A DNA stretch of 64,000 nt, taken from Rhizodiscina lignyota (lineage: Eukaryota). The notes below the pieces were generated by a model. The model was given only the letters and a program-made list of their open reading frames with translations, had not been told where the DNA came from and did no database searches. The position numbers and the translations under genes were made by a program. Of this stretch, positions 1-13,146 are shown piece by piece. The stretch is taken from assembly GCA_010015805.1 (NCBI GenBank), contig ML978121.1, forward strand, positions 3,224,001 to 3,288,000, in the 5' to 3' direction. How positions within the stretch are numbered: the first letter of the stretch is position 1; the number at the start of each line of letters is the position of its first letter.

Positions 1-26
1 CGGAACATATAACTTACAATGAGCAG

Positions 27-1032
27 ATGACAGTGGCTCCATGCAGTTCGAGGAAGGCGGTGAGCGTATCCAGGACTTGCGCGTCACACTCGAACGTGTT
101 GCCTACGCCGCGACTCTCTTCGATGAGGACGGCATCTCCGTTCGGTTCATGAACTCTCAGCCACCACAACAGCTCATTGACAACATCCGCAGCGAGCAAC
201 AGATCGCGCAGTTGATGCAGAGCGTCCAGTTCAGAGGCTTGACACCTATGGGTACTGAACTTCGCCGTAAAATCGTCGATCCACTCGTGCTTTCCAAGGC
301 AAGAGCCGGCCAATTGAGGAAGCCCGTCCTCGTAATCATGATCACGGACGGTCAGCCTGGTGGAGAGCCAAAGGACGCCGTCAATGAAACTGTCAAGTAT
401 GCCAGCCGTGAAATGAGCCGCACCCAGTTTGGTCCGAAGGGTATCGCCTTCCAGTTCGCACAAGTTGGCAAGGACAAGGCCGCACAGGCATTCCTTAACA
501 AGCTCGACGAAGATCCGGAGGTTGGAAACTTGATCGACTGTGTCTCGGGTCTGTCTCCCCTTGAAATTTTACATCCAGAAGCATTTAGATTTGGGCACAA
601 TGTTCTGACTTTCTCATAGACTACGAGACCGAGCAAGAAGAGGCCTCACGATCGGCACAGCCTATCGATCTCACGCCCGAACTGTACCTCATGAAACTTC
701 TCCTCGGCGCCGTTGATTCGACTTATGACTCAAAGGATGAGCGCAGAGCTCGTCATGCAGGTGCAGGTGGTGGCGGTGGCTACAGTGCACCCGGCGGATT
801 TGGAGCTCCACCAGGGTACGGCGCCGCGCCCCAGACCGGACAACCAGGCTACGGAGCTCCTCCTCAGAGTCAGGGATATGGCCAACCAGGCTACGGAGCT
901 CCTCCTCAGAGTCAAGGATATGGCCAACAAGGCTACCCGCCGCAAGGTGGCGCAGGGCGTGGTTTTCCGCCGCAACAAGGCTCCTACGCTCCTCAAGGCC
1001 AAGGCTATCCCGGTTCCGGCCGTGGCTACTGA
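27..1032 (+). CDS. von Willebrand factor A (VWA) domain protein with Gly/Pro/Gln/Tyr-rich C-terminal tail; 5' end lies outside the window
   Basis: DSGSM MIDAS-type motif at the exon start, then GLTPMG and VIMITDGQP. Intron 549-619 (GT..CTGAC..TAG) joins to DYETEQEE...LLGAVDSTYD. Stop at 1030-1032. Confidence 0.8.
841..924 (+). repeat. Coding tandem repeat, 2 x 42 bp (QPGYGAPPQSQGYG)
   Basis: caaccaggctacggagctcctcctcagagtcarggatatggc occurs twice with one mismatch. Confidence 0.85.
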
Positions 1033-1399
1033 GAACGTCTGTGCGGCGAGAGCAACAAATGCGGGGATTCGAGGAGATTGAATTTCACACTGGAAATGGC
1101 TTGGAAAGACAAAGTCTCACTGGGTCCTCGACATGGCTGCTACATGACAGAAAGTAGCTGGAGTAGGGTTAGTAGTGAGCTAGGGACACTCTTCTATCTG
1201 GGGCAATGATTTGCAAGACAATTCTTGCGAATCCGGAGTTTTGACTCAAAAAAGAACATGATTTTATGGCAACCTCGATAATTAAACACTTCGGGTAGTT
1301 CAATCAAAATGGTATCACTTAATGCTCTACATTCGCTGTTAATGTGATGACACTCGCTATCACGTCTTGCAACTATTTTTCCTCACCTACGAGTCAGCA

Positions 1400-3169
1400 T
1401 TAAGTCTCTTTATACGCATCCGCGGTTCTCGCTCTTGCTTCCTCTAGCAGATCGTCCAATTCTTCCTTCGGAATTCGAGGCACAAGCCTCACTTTAAAGT
1501 CCCGTGGAATGGCCACCAGTGCCGTCTTGAACTTGTTGTATTCCACATAGTCCGTGTTCGGCGGCTCCGTTTCGCTCGCCTCAATCCGGTACACCGTCAG
1601 TAGACGCACCAACGCCGTGTAGAGCAGGCGATGCGCGATGTAGATGCCCGAGCAGGCGCGCGAGCCAGCGCCAAAGGAGAAGTGCTGGATGCCAGTGGAC
1701 GGCGTTTCCGTGGGCGGGTCGAGAGAGTCGAACCAGCGCTCGGGGTTGAATGTGGATGCGGACGGGCCGAAGTGTGATACATCTTGTAAATGTCAGTGCC
1801 CTGAATTAGGCAGAGTTTGGAGGGGTTGGAGCCATACCATGGTTCGCAGCCTGAGCATTTATCAACACCATCGTCTTCGCCGGAATGATGGCGCCGTCCC
1901 ATTCGACATCCGTGACCGTCTTCCTCGGCAGGCTCATCGCCGATACAGTGTAGAACCTTGCGGCCTCCTTTACGATCGCATTCACATACGGGATCTTCTC
2001 CTCTATGAAGCTCGTGCGCCATGCATCTTTCACATCAGGATAATATCTCTTGATGTCCTCATACGCCTCGTCTTGGAATTTCTGGCCCTCCGTCGTACAC
2101 AAAGATCCAATGCACGATGTCAGAGTACCAGGAATGGTCTCGAATCCACCGCTCACGAGACTTAGACAAATGCTGCTTACTTCCACGCCTGTCAGCTTCG
2201 TCTCTTCATCTTTTAAGATTGCTGCAGAAATGCATGGCTTGTCGGTGCCACGCTTGATCATGTCCCTCACGCGATCTAGCAGCTCGTTCAAGTACTTGTC
2301 GCGCCTATCTCGCAAATTTTTACTGCGTGCCGTCTTCTCGTTGTTCGGCATCCATCGCAGCAGCGGGATATAGTCTTGGTAATTCTCGCTCGCGCTTCGC
2401 AGCAGACTGATCGCAGAACCAACTTCAAGGATCTCGCGGAGCATCTCATCCCAGACACTGTCCATCCTGATTCCATAGCAAAGCGTCAACGTCGTATTCA
2501 GCGCATACCGTTGAAAATACGGCCGAATATTCAACTCCGTGACGCCATCCCCTCCATCGCGCGCAAGATCTCTCAGAATACAGTAGCTCTCGAGATCAAA
2601 CATCGGGAAATACGTCTTGATCGCCGGCCGTCCCAGCGCTTGCCCTGTCGCCTTCCTCTTATTCTTGCAGCTCTCGTCCCACGGGCTGCTTCCAATCGTG
2701 AAGCCCTGCGTACTACTGATAACGCCGTGGAATGTGTAAAGCTTCGGCCGATCGATGATGGCAGACTGATTTCCCCGCTCGGTCAGCATGCGCTTGCAGT
2801 CGTCGAAGGAGTTGACGACCACGGCGCGCGTGTTGCCTAGTCGGATTTGGAAGACGGAGTGCTTGTATTGCTTCCACCATTTTTCGCATACGGTGGCGTG
2901 GTCCTCGCCGAGGGAGAGAAGATGGCCGACGATTGGGAGTGCGCCGGGCGCTTCTGGGAGGTTGTAGATGAAGGGGATGTCGGTGTAGGTAAAATACTAG
3001 AACTTTATAAGTCACAATACTACAGGTTTGAATGTGTTTGGCACGAAGAGATTTGAAGACAGCTTACTCGCCAGAGCGCAATGATCAAGAATGGGAGAAG
3101 GCTGAGAGCGATATAGGTCAATTGAGGACCTGACAGATTGAAAGACTTCAAATCTGATATCTCGGCCAT
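1400..3169 (-). CDS. Cytochrome P450, CYP504-like (phenylacetate hydroxylase family)
   Basis: N-terminal TM exon MAEISDLK...IIALWR; introns at about 3067-2997 and 1837-1783. Contains TFHGVISSTQGFTIGSSPWDESCK, an ExxR motif (KEAAR) and the heme motif FGAGSRACSG. Confidence 0.88.
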
Positions 3170-3540
3170 CCTGAACGACACTTGAAAGTTCCAACTTGAC
3201 CCAATTGACTTGAACGGCTCCTTGCTTCCTCAGAAGAAGCTGAAAGTGAGGTTGAATGACAATTCAAGATATCGGCAATGGTCTACTTATCCTAGCTTGC
3301 GGAAGTCATTATACATAGCGCTAAAGAGGATTGGGTAATTAGATGCGTCAGATAAGCTCCGGCATGGATATCAACGACGTGCAGGTGGGTTGAAGGGAAG
3401 TTTCCCCGTCACGCGTCAAGCGGGGCTGGCGATATCAACGTGCGAAGAATGGAGGACGCGGAGCAGTTCCGGCTTCGAAGCGGAAGCCCGGCATTAGCTT
3501 CACTCGGGCCGATCAGATCAGAAGTCCATACTCATCAGTA

Positions 3541-3683
3541 GATATGAAGTGGCTAAAACGCGAAGAGTACAAAAAGAGCCTACTAAAAATTTGATATAGG
3601 CTTTTAAAGATCTAGAGAAATTAAGCTATACTCTAAATGGTAAATTTATATAGGCCCTTTTCGAGTTTAAGCCACTTCATATC
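3541..3683. mobile_element. MITE-like element with 24-bp terminal inverted repeats and TA flanks
   Basis: TA|GATATGAAGTGGCTAAAACGCGAA ... TTCGAGTTTAAGCCACTTCATATC|TA, 22/24 inverted match. AT-rich interior with no ORF. Confidence 0.7.
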
Positions 3684-3980
3684 TATGGCTTCGATTAGAT
3701 GCCTAGAGACTAGATTATTTAGAAGAGGCTTCCTCTACCAAGAGGGTTTGAATGTCAGGGGGAATTATTGTGGGTGGCAACACAGCAATGGGAAGATTCT
3801 GTAAACAGAACAATATGCTTCGCAGGACTAGTACATGATATATTCAAGCGCATATACAGATATAAAACACGCTGATGATAGATGCAGTATATTCACAGAG
3901 TGCAAAGGAGGTCACAATCATGTCCACTGGCGCATGTCCTTCTCATATCCATCATCTCATCAGGGAGACAAGTGCTGCTC

Positions 3981-5252
3981 TCAAATAGGACGGTCGTCTC
4001 CCAGCCTCTTATCAGTGACATGTCCATCCAAAATCTCACTTGGAACCAAACTGCCCCTGTCGATTAACACCTCCGTTCCCGGATGGTGTCGAAAGACGGT
4101 TGCCTCGCTCAGGTTTGTTCGGTGTCTCGGTCCAGCATCCTTCGGCATATCAGGCTCCTCAGGGTTGGTCTGCTTCATATGTCTCTGAAAGGATTCTTCG
4201 TCTATCCGGCCGGCTTGGTTGCCAACCCAAGATTCCACTGTGCGAAAGCGCGCGATCGACGAGCGGGCAGTGGCGACGCTGTAGCGTTGGTTCGGCACTG
4301 TGTCATTCGTCACTGTCGCGGGGGTCCGAGGGGCCTGCGAGTTTGTCCAGGAGAAACGCGATGTCTCGTGTGGAGGACGGCGAGTGGGGAGGTTTCTCGC
4401 GCCTTTCAGGTATGATGGCAATGATGTCGGGGAATCTGCCTCTTCGTCATCGTATGGTGTGTCTGCATCCGTGACGATGCGCGCATTTGATGGCATTGCA
4501 GGTGATCTTGCGACAGCACTATCAGCAGGACTTTTCCGAATTGGCCAGTTTCCAGCGCCAGAATCAGATGGTCTTCGCTGCTGTGACCTTTGTAAAGATC
4601 GCTGCGAATTTGCCGAATTGTTTCGCGTCAAGGTGGCCGAAGGTCTCGGAGGAAGCGTTGCCAAACCAGTCATCGTCCGCTCGTGGATATCCTGTGCTTG
4701 AAGTGGAATCTTCCGATCCCATTCTGTTCCAGCAGCGCTCCATCGACCCAAAGGTGGTGTAACCTCCCCTATTGTCTTATAACGACTCCGCTTCTTAAAC
4801 ATGCAAGCTTCCGTCAGGCACATCCCTTGTCTCATCCGAATCACTATCCAAACCGCAAATATGACTAGTAATGTTGCTCCTATGAATAAGTCAGCATTGA
4901 GAGAATGTCAGACGCTTCTGCAATTCCTCGAACCTATTGAGCCAACAGCAATCAGCGTGTGTTCTGTACCCTCCGACATCCCACCATATTTCATTCCTGA
5001 GGGACTCGGTCCAAGAGGAGTTGGCTGCAGAGTAACGAAGACAGTTGGTTGCGTTGTGGAAGAAGCTTGTGTCTCTGTCATGGCTGAAGGTAATCGCGGT
5101 TGCAGATATGCTTGGGTAGCTGAGTTGTCCGCGTGTTCTATCGGATTCCTCTTTCGCAACGGGCTACTTCTCAGCAGCGATCGTACGACGTTGGTGTTCA
5201 AGTTGGCATTACGAGTTGCGCGCTGGCGATCAGGCGACCCAACGAGTCGCAT
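3981..5252 (-). CDS. Fungal single-pass membrane protein of unknown function (start at 5252 or 5081)
   Basis: Exon ending LIAVGSIG, intron at about 4933-4880, then ATLLVIFAVWIVIRMR (TM) and a long S/P/R-rich tail containing RFRTVESWV. Confidence 0.6.
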
Positions 5253-6577
5253 TTCGATATTCCATCAAATTCCTTCGCTGTTCTCAAGGAGCGCGGTAAC
5301 GTTCCGACTCTCCAATGTCCCGATTTATTTTCTCCGCTCTTATTGCAGATGGAGAGAGGATGTATGTAGATTAAAAGGCGTTAAAGGCGTTAGGTCGGCT
5401 AGATTTCGTCAAAGAAAAATGAGTGATAATTAGAGACAAACCAACAGGCCAGCTGCAGCTCTGAGGATAAGTAAAAAGACTTGAAAGAAAGGAAGACAGG
5501 CGGAGATGTGGAGGACAATAGAGTGTCAGCTCTGCTGTGCCATTGGGTTTCAGAATGAGCAAAAACCTGTCTCGCACACAGCCAGGCCAAGGCCTCTTTT
5601 AGAGATGAGTGAGTTTTCGGCGCCTCAAAACAAAGAGTCCAGCAAGACCCTGCTCGTCTGAGAGGGACACCACCAACATTAGAAGCGAGCGAAACATGTC
5701 AAGAGGGGCTTCCAATGGCGAAAGGGGCTGAACTTCTGGAGACGCGGCCAGGGACTCGTCGCCAACCTGAAGAAACACTGAGCCCATACGAAAGGGGATG
5801 CATTGCTGCTGAAAGTGGTCTGGCGTAGTCTCGGGTGGGTGAGGCTCAAGCAGTTCGCGTTTCAGGTCCTCCACGGCTGTATGTTTGCGATCGGGGGAAT
5901 GAGAAGGACTCTCAAATACTGGCCGCCACCAGAGCGCAATGCTTTCATAAGTCGATCCTTCAGGCTATCACGAACAATGCCAAATGTTAGACCCGCGAAT
6001 TTGGAATATCTCGTCCATATTGCGAGCGTGTTGCGTTGAAGAGAGATTCTCAAACCGGAAAAGCCTAAATTGAACAATCACGTGCGTGTGAATCACGTGG
6101 CGGGCGCTGGATCTTTCCCAATTTGCTGTAGCTCGTGGCAGGCGTCAAGCCACAATGCTTCGTCTGAACCTCGCAAAGAGTCTACAGAAAGGAAAGCGTT
6201 CGAGCGGATTCCGCTTCTTTCCGCCCAACAACTCGCACCGCCATTCGATGACGAAGTGCGGGAGTACCAGTCGCGATTGGCTGTTGGGGGCTAAGCCACC
6301 GTCTTCTGGAGGCTGTGATCACTCACAGCCTTGGGCCTCTCGGCTGGACCGGCGTTACGGCACATGTTCAGCCCATTTGATCACACACTACGTATGCAGG
6401 TCAGTTAGGTAAGGAAGTACGAGCCAGCTTAGCGGGGTATATATCGCAACATCACTGCGCTGCCATCAGCTCTTTCCTTCTACCATCCTACAACTCAACT
6501 CAAGTTCCATTTAAACTTCGAAGTTCATTCAATCCCGCCACTCTTCGCGACCTCACTTCACTTCAATCACACTCAAA

Positions 6578-7216
6578 ATGTCCGACCCGTACAACCAGTA
6601 TCCCCAAGGCCAGCAGGGCTACGGCGGTTATCCACAGCAACACGGAGGGCAGCAACACGGCCAGCAACAAGGATATAGTGGCTATCCTCCTCAAGACCAG
6701 CAACAGAACTACGGCGGCTACAATCAGCAGCAGGGTCAGTACAGTGCCCCCGCAGCGCCGCAGTACGGGGACAACTACAGCCAGAGCAGCCAGGGCTATC
6801 AGCAGGGAGGTTATGGCCCCCCAGCGGAGGGCGGCTTTCAGCACGGGCAACAGCCATACGGAAGCGACCAAAATCAGCAGCAGCAGTATTCTGGCTACCA
6901 AGACAACCGAGGCTACGGTCAACAATCTCCCCAGGGTCAATTTCCGCAGCAAGGCCCTTATGGACAAGAGCCCAGTTACCCGCAACAGTATGGCTCCACA
7001 GATCCCAACGCACAGGCTGAGGGTGATCGTGGTCTGATGGGTGCTCTTGCCGGTGGCGCCGCTGGTGGATTCGGAGGCCACAAGCTCGGTCACGGCATCA
7101 TCGGAACGATTGCCGGCGCAGTTATGGGCTCAGCACTCGAGGACAAGTTCAAGGACAGGAAGCACAACCAAGATGGCAACAGCCAGGGCGGTAGCTCCTG
7201 GGGTGGCAAGTGGTAG
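6578..7216 (+). CDS. Gln/Gly/Tyr-rich low-complexity protein with C-terminal glycine zipper
   Basis: 212-aa ORF. QGY-rich N-terminus followed by GLMGALAGGAAGGFGGHKLGHGIIGTIAGAVMGS. TATA-like tatatat at about 6438. Confidence 0.85.
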   Translation: MSDPYNQYPQGQQGYGGYPQQHGGQQHGQQQGYSGYPPQDQQQNYGGYNQQQGQYSAPAAPQYGDNYSQSSQGYQQGGYGPPAEGGFQHGQQPYGSDQNQQQQYSGYQDNRGYGQQSPQGQFPQQGPYGQEPSYPQQYGSTDPNAQAEGDRGLMGALAGGAAGGFGGHKLGHGIIGTIAGAVMGSALEDKFKDRKHNQDGNSQGGSSWGGKW

Positions 7217-7859
7217 AGTGGGAGTAGCGAGCGATCGTGAAACTGCCTTTTACGATTCTCCTATTTCGGAAGTGGGATGATGGGCTTGGACTTTAACTCA
7301 CGGTTTCATGCTTGTGTTAATTGATATTGGGCGTATTGCCTTCATTGGCATGGTTTCGGCGTCATTGGTTTGGAGGATCTTCTGGGGTGGCTTTGGGTTG
7401 AGATCGATAAAGGCCCTAATGAAGCGGTCTCAAATGAATCAAGACTATCAATCTACCGTTTAGTCTCTCGCACACTTTCCGTGATATTGAAGCATATCGT
7501 GCTTCATGCCAATGTTTCGCACATATGCCATTCTTCCTTAAACTTAGCCAATCTGTTTCGTTCTGTCAGATACGTACGCTTCGATTCGACGTTATACATG
7601 CAATATACATTTTAACAATTTCCTGAAACGCTATCTTATATGCCCTTAATTGTCACGAAAGCGAGTAACTAACAATGCGTGCAAGTATTATTCATGCTGT
7701 TATTCCTGAACCGCATCTACCAATCGGCTTTGGTTTCATGCAATCTTTGGTTTCATCCACAAAGGGATCTATCTCAAAGGACGAGGGTATCAGTTGTTTC
7801 TATCTATGCAATTCTGCGCAGAGACTTCATTTCATCGAAACCATTTCTATTATATTCGT

Positions 7860-8423
7860 TTATAACTTTGCCTTGTCATCCTCTCCAGCCGCCTTTATCC
7901 TCTCCAAACCCTCCCGCATGCTCTCACCCATGCCCTTGGCACCAGGTTTCATTGTCTGCCTCTCCACGAATACGTGTACGAATTGTCCCACTGCACACAC
8001 CTCCTCCCGCCCTTGCTCGAACACCCCAATCTCGTACGTCACACTGCTCCTGCCGAGCTTGTTGACGCGGAGCGCGAGGTCGACGACAGCGGGGAATGCA
8101 AGCGGCGCGAAGTAGTTGCAGTGGGAGTACACGACAAGGCCGACTTGTGAAGAAGTGGGCGGATGAAGTGAGCAGTGCTGGATCAGATAGGAGTTCACGA
8201 GAGAGTCGAAGAGGAAGTAGTAGATGGAGTTGTTCATGTGGTCGTACATGTCGTTATCGCTCCTACAAGGGGTTTAGCATGCCGTCTTACTGTCTTATGT
8301 GACGATCAAAGGTTGAAGGAGTACATCGTAGATCTAAAAGAATCATTCTTACCATCGTGTCCGGTATTCCAAGAAGAACTTGTAGTCACTCCTCAGGCGC
8401 TTCTTCAGCTCCGCTTGCGCCAT
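7860..8423 (-). CDS. Acyl-CoA thioesterase (4HBT/hotdog fold)
   Basis: MAQAELKKR...YRTRW, intron at about 8352-8263, then SDNDMYDHMNNSIYY...VNKLGRSSVTYEIG. Confidence 0.88.
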
Positions 8424-9073
8424 TGCATTGAATGAACGACGGAACTGAAACTGGCTGGAGTTGCAGAACTGGACACCGGTACGTATCAGTCTACAAACTC
8501 TCCCCCGGAGGCCAGCTCTCGAGGTGAAAATCATTGCATCCGTCGATGATGGACCATAGTGAAGGTGCCTAGCCACCAGTGCCGAGGTATGTGATACCTC
8601 AGGAATGGTCCAAGCTCAAACCTCGAATTCGAAACTTGAAAGCTTTGCTTTCTGAGAATCTACATCATACGCCTAGATATCCTTAATCTTCTTTGTCATC
8701 ATGCAAAGTCTGAGGAAACCGGGTGGACGAAAGCTTGATCGAGCGTACGCTTCATATTGTTCTCGCAACATAACACAGAATCTAATATCTCCATTATCAT
8801 GCTAATAACCATACGCGCCTCTGTCTGCTAAAGGTATATTTTCCAGGCCTTTCGGTCTTTCACACTCTAGAACCAGTTTTCATCCTCATGAATTGTTATA
8901 AACAATGAACAAAGGAGGGGCATTTTCATTCACGTCGTATCCAGAATGTGTCTTTGTGTTTTGTCTGGTTGTTTTGTCGTGCATCATCTCACCCTAGTGG
9001 TAACTACTATTTGTTCCCAAGTCGGGAAATTCATTTCTAGAGTACATTGCGATTATCAAAAGATTCTATTATC

Positions 9074-9706
9074 ATGCAACCTCTTACTCTCCTCACGCTA
9101 GCGGCAGCGACCCTTGCCTCCGCCCTGCCAAACAAGCGGGACACCACCTCCACGTTCGATCCTGGCTACATCTACTATCAGATGAAGCCTGAGGGTGCTG
9201 TCTTCCTCAGTGCCCACGGCGGTACGCTCGCACAGTACCCGCAGTGGTGCGAAACCAACGGCAAGAACTGCGTTATGTTCCACCCGAAGAATCCGGATCC
9301 TCGGATCCTCAAGGACAAGAATCTGTCACTGTTCCTCGAACATGTACATCATACCGGCTATGATCAACCCCGCCTCCACTCTCAGAAGTACAGCAAGCAC
9401 TGTTTGAAGGACCTCAACGCGAAGGCTAAGTGCGAAGTTGAGTATGAGTACGGTTATAATGAAAGCCAGGCCACGTACGACCCCACCAAGGATCAGCTTT
9501 ACGACATCGTCCAGGGCGAAGGATGGGTGATCGGAATCATCGCTTGGGCCGGCAAAACAGTAACCAGCGTCAAGTGCATCGCTGGCGATGGCAACAACTT
9601 GAGGGTCATCACGACTACCGACAAAAATCACCTAAAGAATGCTGCCAAGCTCGACCTCTCAGGAATTGGGTGTAATTGGTATCAGCGAATTCTGAGCCAG
9701 TCTTAG
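9074..9706 (+). CDS. Secreted 210-aa protein with 6 Cys and a Kex2-type KR site, function unknown
   Basis: Signal peptide MQPLTLLTLAAATLASA, short pro-segment LPNKR. Intronless, GC3-rich ORF in AT-richer flanks. Confidence 0.8.
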   Translation: MQPLTLLTLAAATLASALPNKRDTTSTFDPGYIYYQMKPEGAVFLSAHGGTLAQYPQWCETNGKNCVMFHPKNPDPRILKDKNLSLFLEHVHHTGYDQPRLHSQKYSKHCLKDLNAKAKCEVEYEYGYNESQATYDPTKDQLYDIVQGEGWVIGIIAWAGKTVTSVKCIAGDGNNLRVITTTDKNHLKNAAKLDLSGIGCNWYQRILSQS

Positions 9707-10232
9707 AGGGCATTGCACTCATGCTGCAGGCAGGCAATTAGTACAGCATCAAAGAGTTTTTTCAAATATAGATTTCAAATCGATGACCTACTTTTTCTCT
9801 TATATAAACTTGTGAATTATCTTTCTGACAATTTGTTCCGTGGTAAAAGGAGGCGATACTCTTCTTGTTTACCGAACCTCGTGCACCTGCAATATTGCCG
9901 ATAAAATTAAATTGATGCCAGATTTGAATAATTCAAACTTTGATTTACTCAGTTAACAGCTTTCGATCATCTGCAAACTGACGTTGATGGAATTCAAAGG
10001 GGTATCATTCTCCCTTCCGAGCAGTACCATTTTTGGGAAAGTTGAGGCGGATCCGAAGATTTGCCGAAGTCAAGGATATTGGTCTTGCGGGAAGGTTTCC
10101 ATCACTTAAAATTGTCTCTTTGGCATTAAGTCTTCAGCATCTCTCTTCCTGTCATATCTCTCCGAACAACTGGCGCCTTCACCACGCGTGCTTGCCTACT
10201 TGGCGAGCCGTGGGCGCATTCCTCCACACCAA

Positions 10233-11696
10233 ATGGCGCTCACGACCGTTGACCATCAATTTCGTGTCCCCGAGCACGAGACATTCAAACCTCCGCCAGC
10301 AGTAGTGACAACGCCTTGCGACCCATGGCCGCGACCTTACTACCTAGAAAATGATCTTCGCCGGGTGTCTCCATATCATTTCACTTACAACACGTATTGT
10401 AAACAGCGATGGAGAGGACGTGAGATTCTTGACATCTTTTCCAGCGAATTTCGTGATCGTCCATTGGAATACTACGTATGTACGCCACAAGTGCATTATA
10501 TCTTCTTGAAGCTCATAATCTCACAGCTGTAATAGAAAGCCGCAATAGAAAACGGGAGCATCGTCCTTAACGGACAGCCCATTCCTTCTCCTTCCACCAT
10601 CGTAAATAATGGCGATGTCATCTCCCATACGATGCACAGACATGAGCCTCCTGTCACAGCGCAACCTATCGGTATCGTATATGAAGATGACGGTATGATT
10701 GTCATCAACAAGCCCGCTGGAGTGCCTGTACATCCTGCAGGACGATATAACTACAACTCCGTGATTGAGATTATGAGGGCCGACAGAAACAACAGCTTCA
10801 ATCCGCTGCCTTGTAACCGGCTGGACAGGCTAACGAGTGGAATTATGTTTGTGGGGAAAGACAAGAAGGCTGCGGAGGAGATAAGCATACAATTACAGGA
10901 GCGCACGATCAGGAAGGAGTATGTGGCACGGGTCGTAGGCGAGTTCCCGGAAAGCGAAGTAGTATGCGAGAAGCCGATCTTACAGATATCACCCAAACTA
11001 GGACTGAACATGGTGCGAGCGAACGGCAGGGTTGCAAAGACAGTATTCAGGCGACTGGCTTATTATCCTCCGCTCGACAAGAATGGTACGGAAGTCAACG
11101 AAAAAGAGCGAAGGGCTGATGGAGAAATTGGGAAGCAGAGCAACGGCATGGCGTGGAAGAATTTCAAAGGGTACTCCATCGTGCGCTGCCTTCCTCTGAC
11201 AGGCCGCACTCACCAGCTCCGCGTACATCTTCAATTCCTTGGACACCCCATTGCCAACGACCCTATCTACGCCAATCAGCGCGTCTTTGGCCCTGATCTG
11301 GCAGCCGGTTCCGCCGAGTCCGATAATGACGACGACATCATTGCGCGGCTCTCCCGCATGGGCAAGGACGAAGTTGCAGAAGCCGTTGCATATCACGATG
11401 AAATGGTGGACGAATACAATAAGCGGAAAGCGGAGCGGATGACGGGCCAGCTTTGCGAGGTGTGCGATACGCCATTGTACAGTGATCCAGGAGTACATGA
11501 GCTGGGAATATACTTGCATGCGCTCAAGTATGCGTGCGCAGAGGGCAAATGGAGCTATGAAACTCCATTGCCAGACTGGGCTTTGCCACCTCCAGGGAGA
11601 GAAGGGCCGAGGGAGGCCACCGCTGAAAGTGATCCGTTGGCTGCTGATCTTGAGAAGCTGGAGCTCAGCGTTAAAGAGGAAGATAAGAAGAGTTGA
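10233..11696 (+). CDS. RluA-family tRNA pseudouridine synthase (RIB2/PUS9-type)
   Basis: TYCKQRWRGR, INKPAGVPVHP, catalytic NRLDRLTSG, GRTHQLRVH, IYLHA. Intron 10476-10535. Confidence 0.92.
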
Positions 11697-12349
11697 GCTT
11701 CATATCCACTAACTGTGGAGTGTAGTGGAAGCCGAATACGCCGCTATGGTTCCAGGCTGTCGACGACTCTTCCTGTCACGCAAGATATCACCTATGTTCG
11801 TCGAAGGTCGCGTGGAGAAAAGAGTTGATATCCCATGAATCGTGCGAGTGCCCGGCGATGGAAGAGCAGGCGAGCGAAGAGCGCACACATCGGTCGCGAT
11901 ATCTATGCGAGTTTGATATTCTCTATCCTCCATGGAAATGAAGTGATGCCGTACTGTCCATGTCCTGCAGGAAGACATATCGCTCCAGCTGATAGATGAA
12001 GTTGGTATGAAGGTCTGGCGCCATTAGCGTTGAATCAATTGCGGCGCCTGATTGACAAGTAGCACCTAAATTCCACAAAGTCACCTATTACATAGCATTG
12101 AACTGTGTACAAGGAGATCTTATGAATATTCTTTGGTTCATTTATCGTGTGCCATGCGTCCCGGCCCCACCATTGCCCCACCATTATCAGTCTTCGTGCA
12201 CCTATCCTTTAGACCAAGTCCGTCGAATAGCTTTGCCTTTCGCCATTGTGCATTTGTTACTCTCTATTTTATTCAATAAAGCATCAATTTGGCGCCACAA
12301 TTGTCGTACTCTTTCGTAACTTGAGAATATATCTTGCTTTCCATCCATA

Positions 12350-13146
12350 ATGTCGCTCAAGGTGACACGCATGACCGAGGCAGACATTGACGGGGCAATC
12401 GACACAATTCACCAAGCTTTCAAGGGCGACCCATACAATGAGTGGGTATATGATCATTCAAAGGTGAGTATGAATTCCTGTCAAACCATTGATCCCAAAA
12501 TGACTTTGACTTTCGCGAGTGTCTTTTACATCTCTCTCACACTTGATCGCGTGCTCAACGTCAACGTCGCTAATATAGCCAGTTTAATCCAAAACGAAAC
12601 CGCTATTCTCTCCGCCTGCGCTGTCTCTGGGGCATATCCCATGGTCTCTTCTATGTCTGCCGCTCCTCTGATTCTCCAAAGGTTCTGGGAACCGCAATGT
12701 GGATGCCGCCCACACCTCCATCGGAGCCACAATCTTGGTCGCTCTACTTCTCTTCATGGTGGCTTTACTTCAACCAAGTCTACATGAACCTGACCTTTGG
12801 CCGAGGAGGGCTGATCACTAAGCGTTACTGGATCTGGAAAGCCGCGCAAGCCCAGGCGCAAAAGGAACTCTGGACGAGCAAGACGGGTTACTACTTCTGC
12901 AACATTGTGACTGTGTTGCCTGAGGCGCAGGGAAAGGGCGTTGGCAGGGCACTGATGGAGGAGGTGCTGAGGGAGGCAGATGAGAGGGGGATTGACTGCT
13001 ATCTTGAGAGCAGTAGGGATGTGCCGAATGTAGCGATTTATGAGAAGTTTGGGTTCGAGTTGGTGAGGGAGATGGATTGTGATGATGAGGGCGATAAGAT
13101 CAAGCTGTACTGCATGATCCGGAAGCCGAAGGAGGAGCAGCCGTAA
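12350..13146 (+). CDS. GNAT-family N-acetyltransferase
   Basis: Acetyl-CoA motif VLPEAQGKGVGRALM, plus YLESS and YEKFGF. One intron starting at 12463. Confidence 0.88.
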
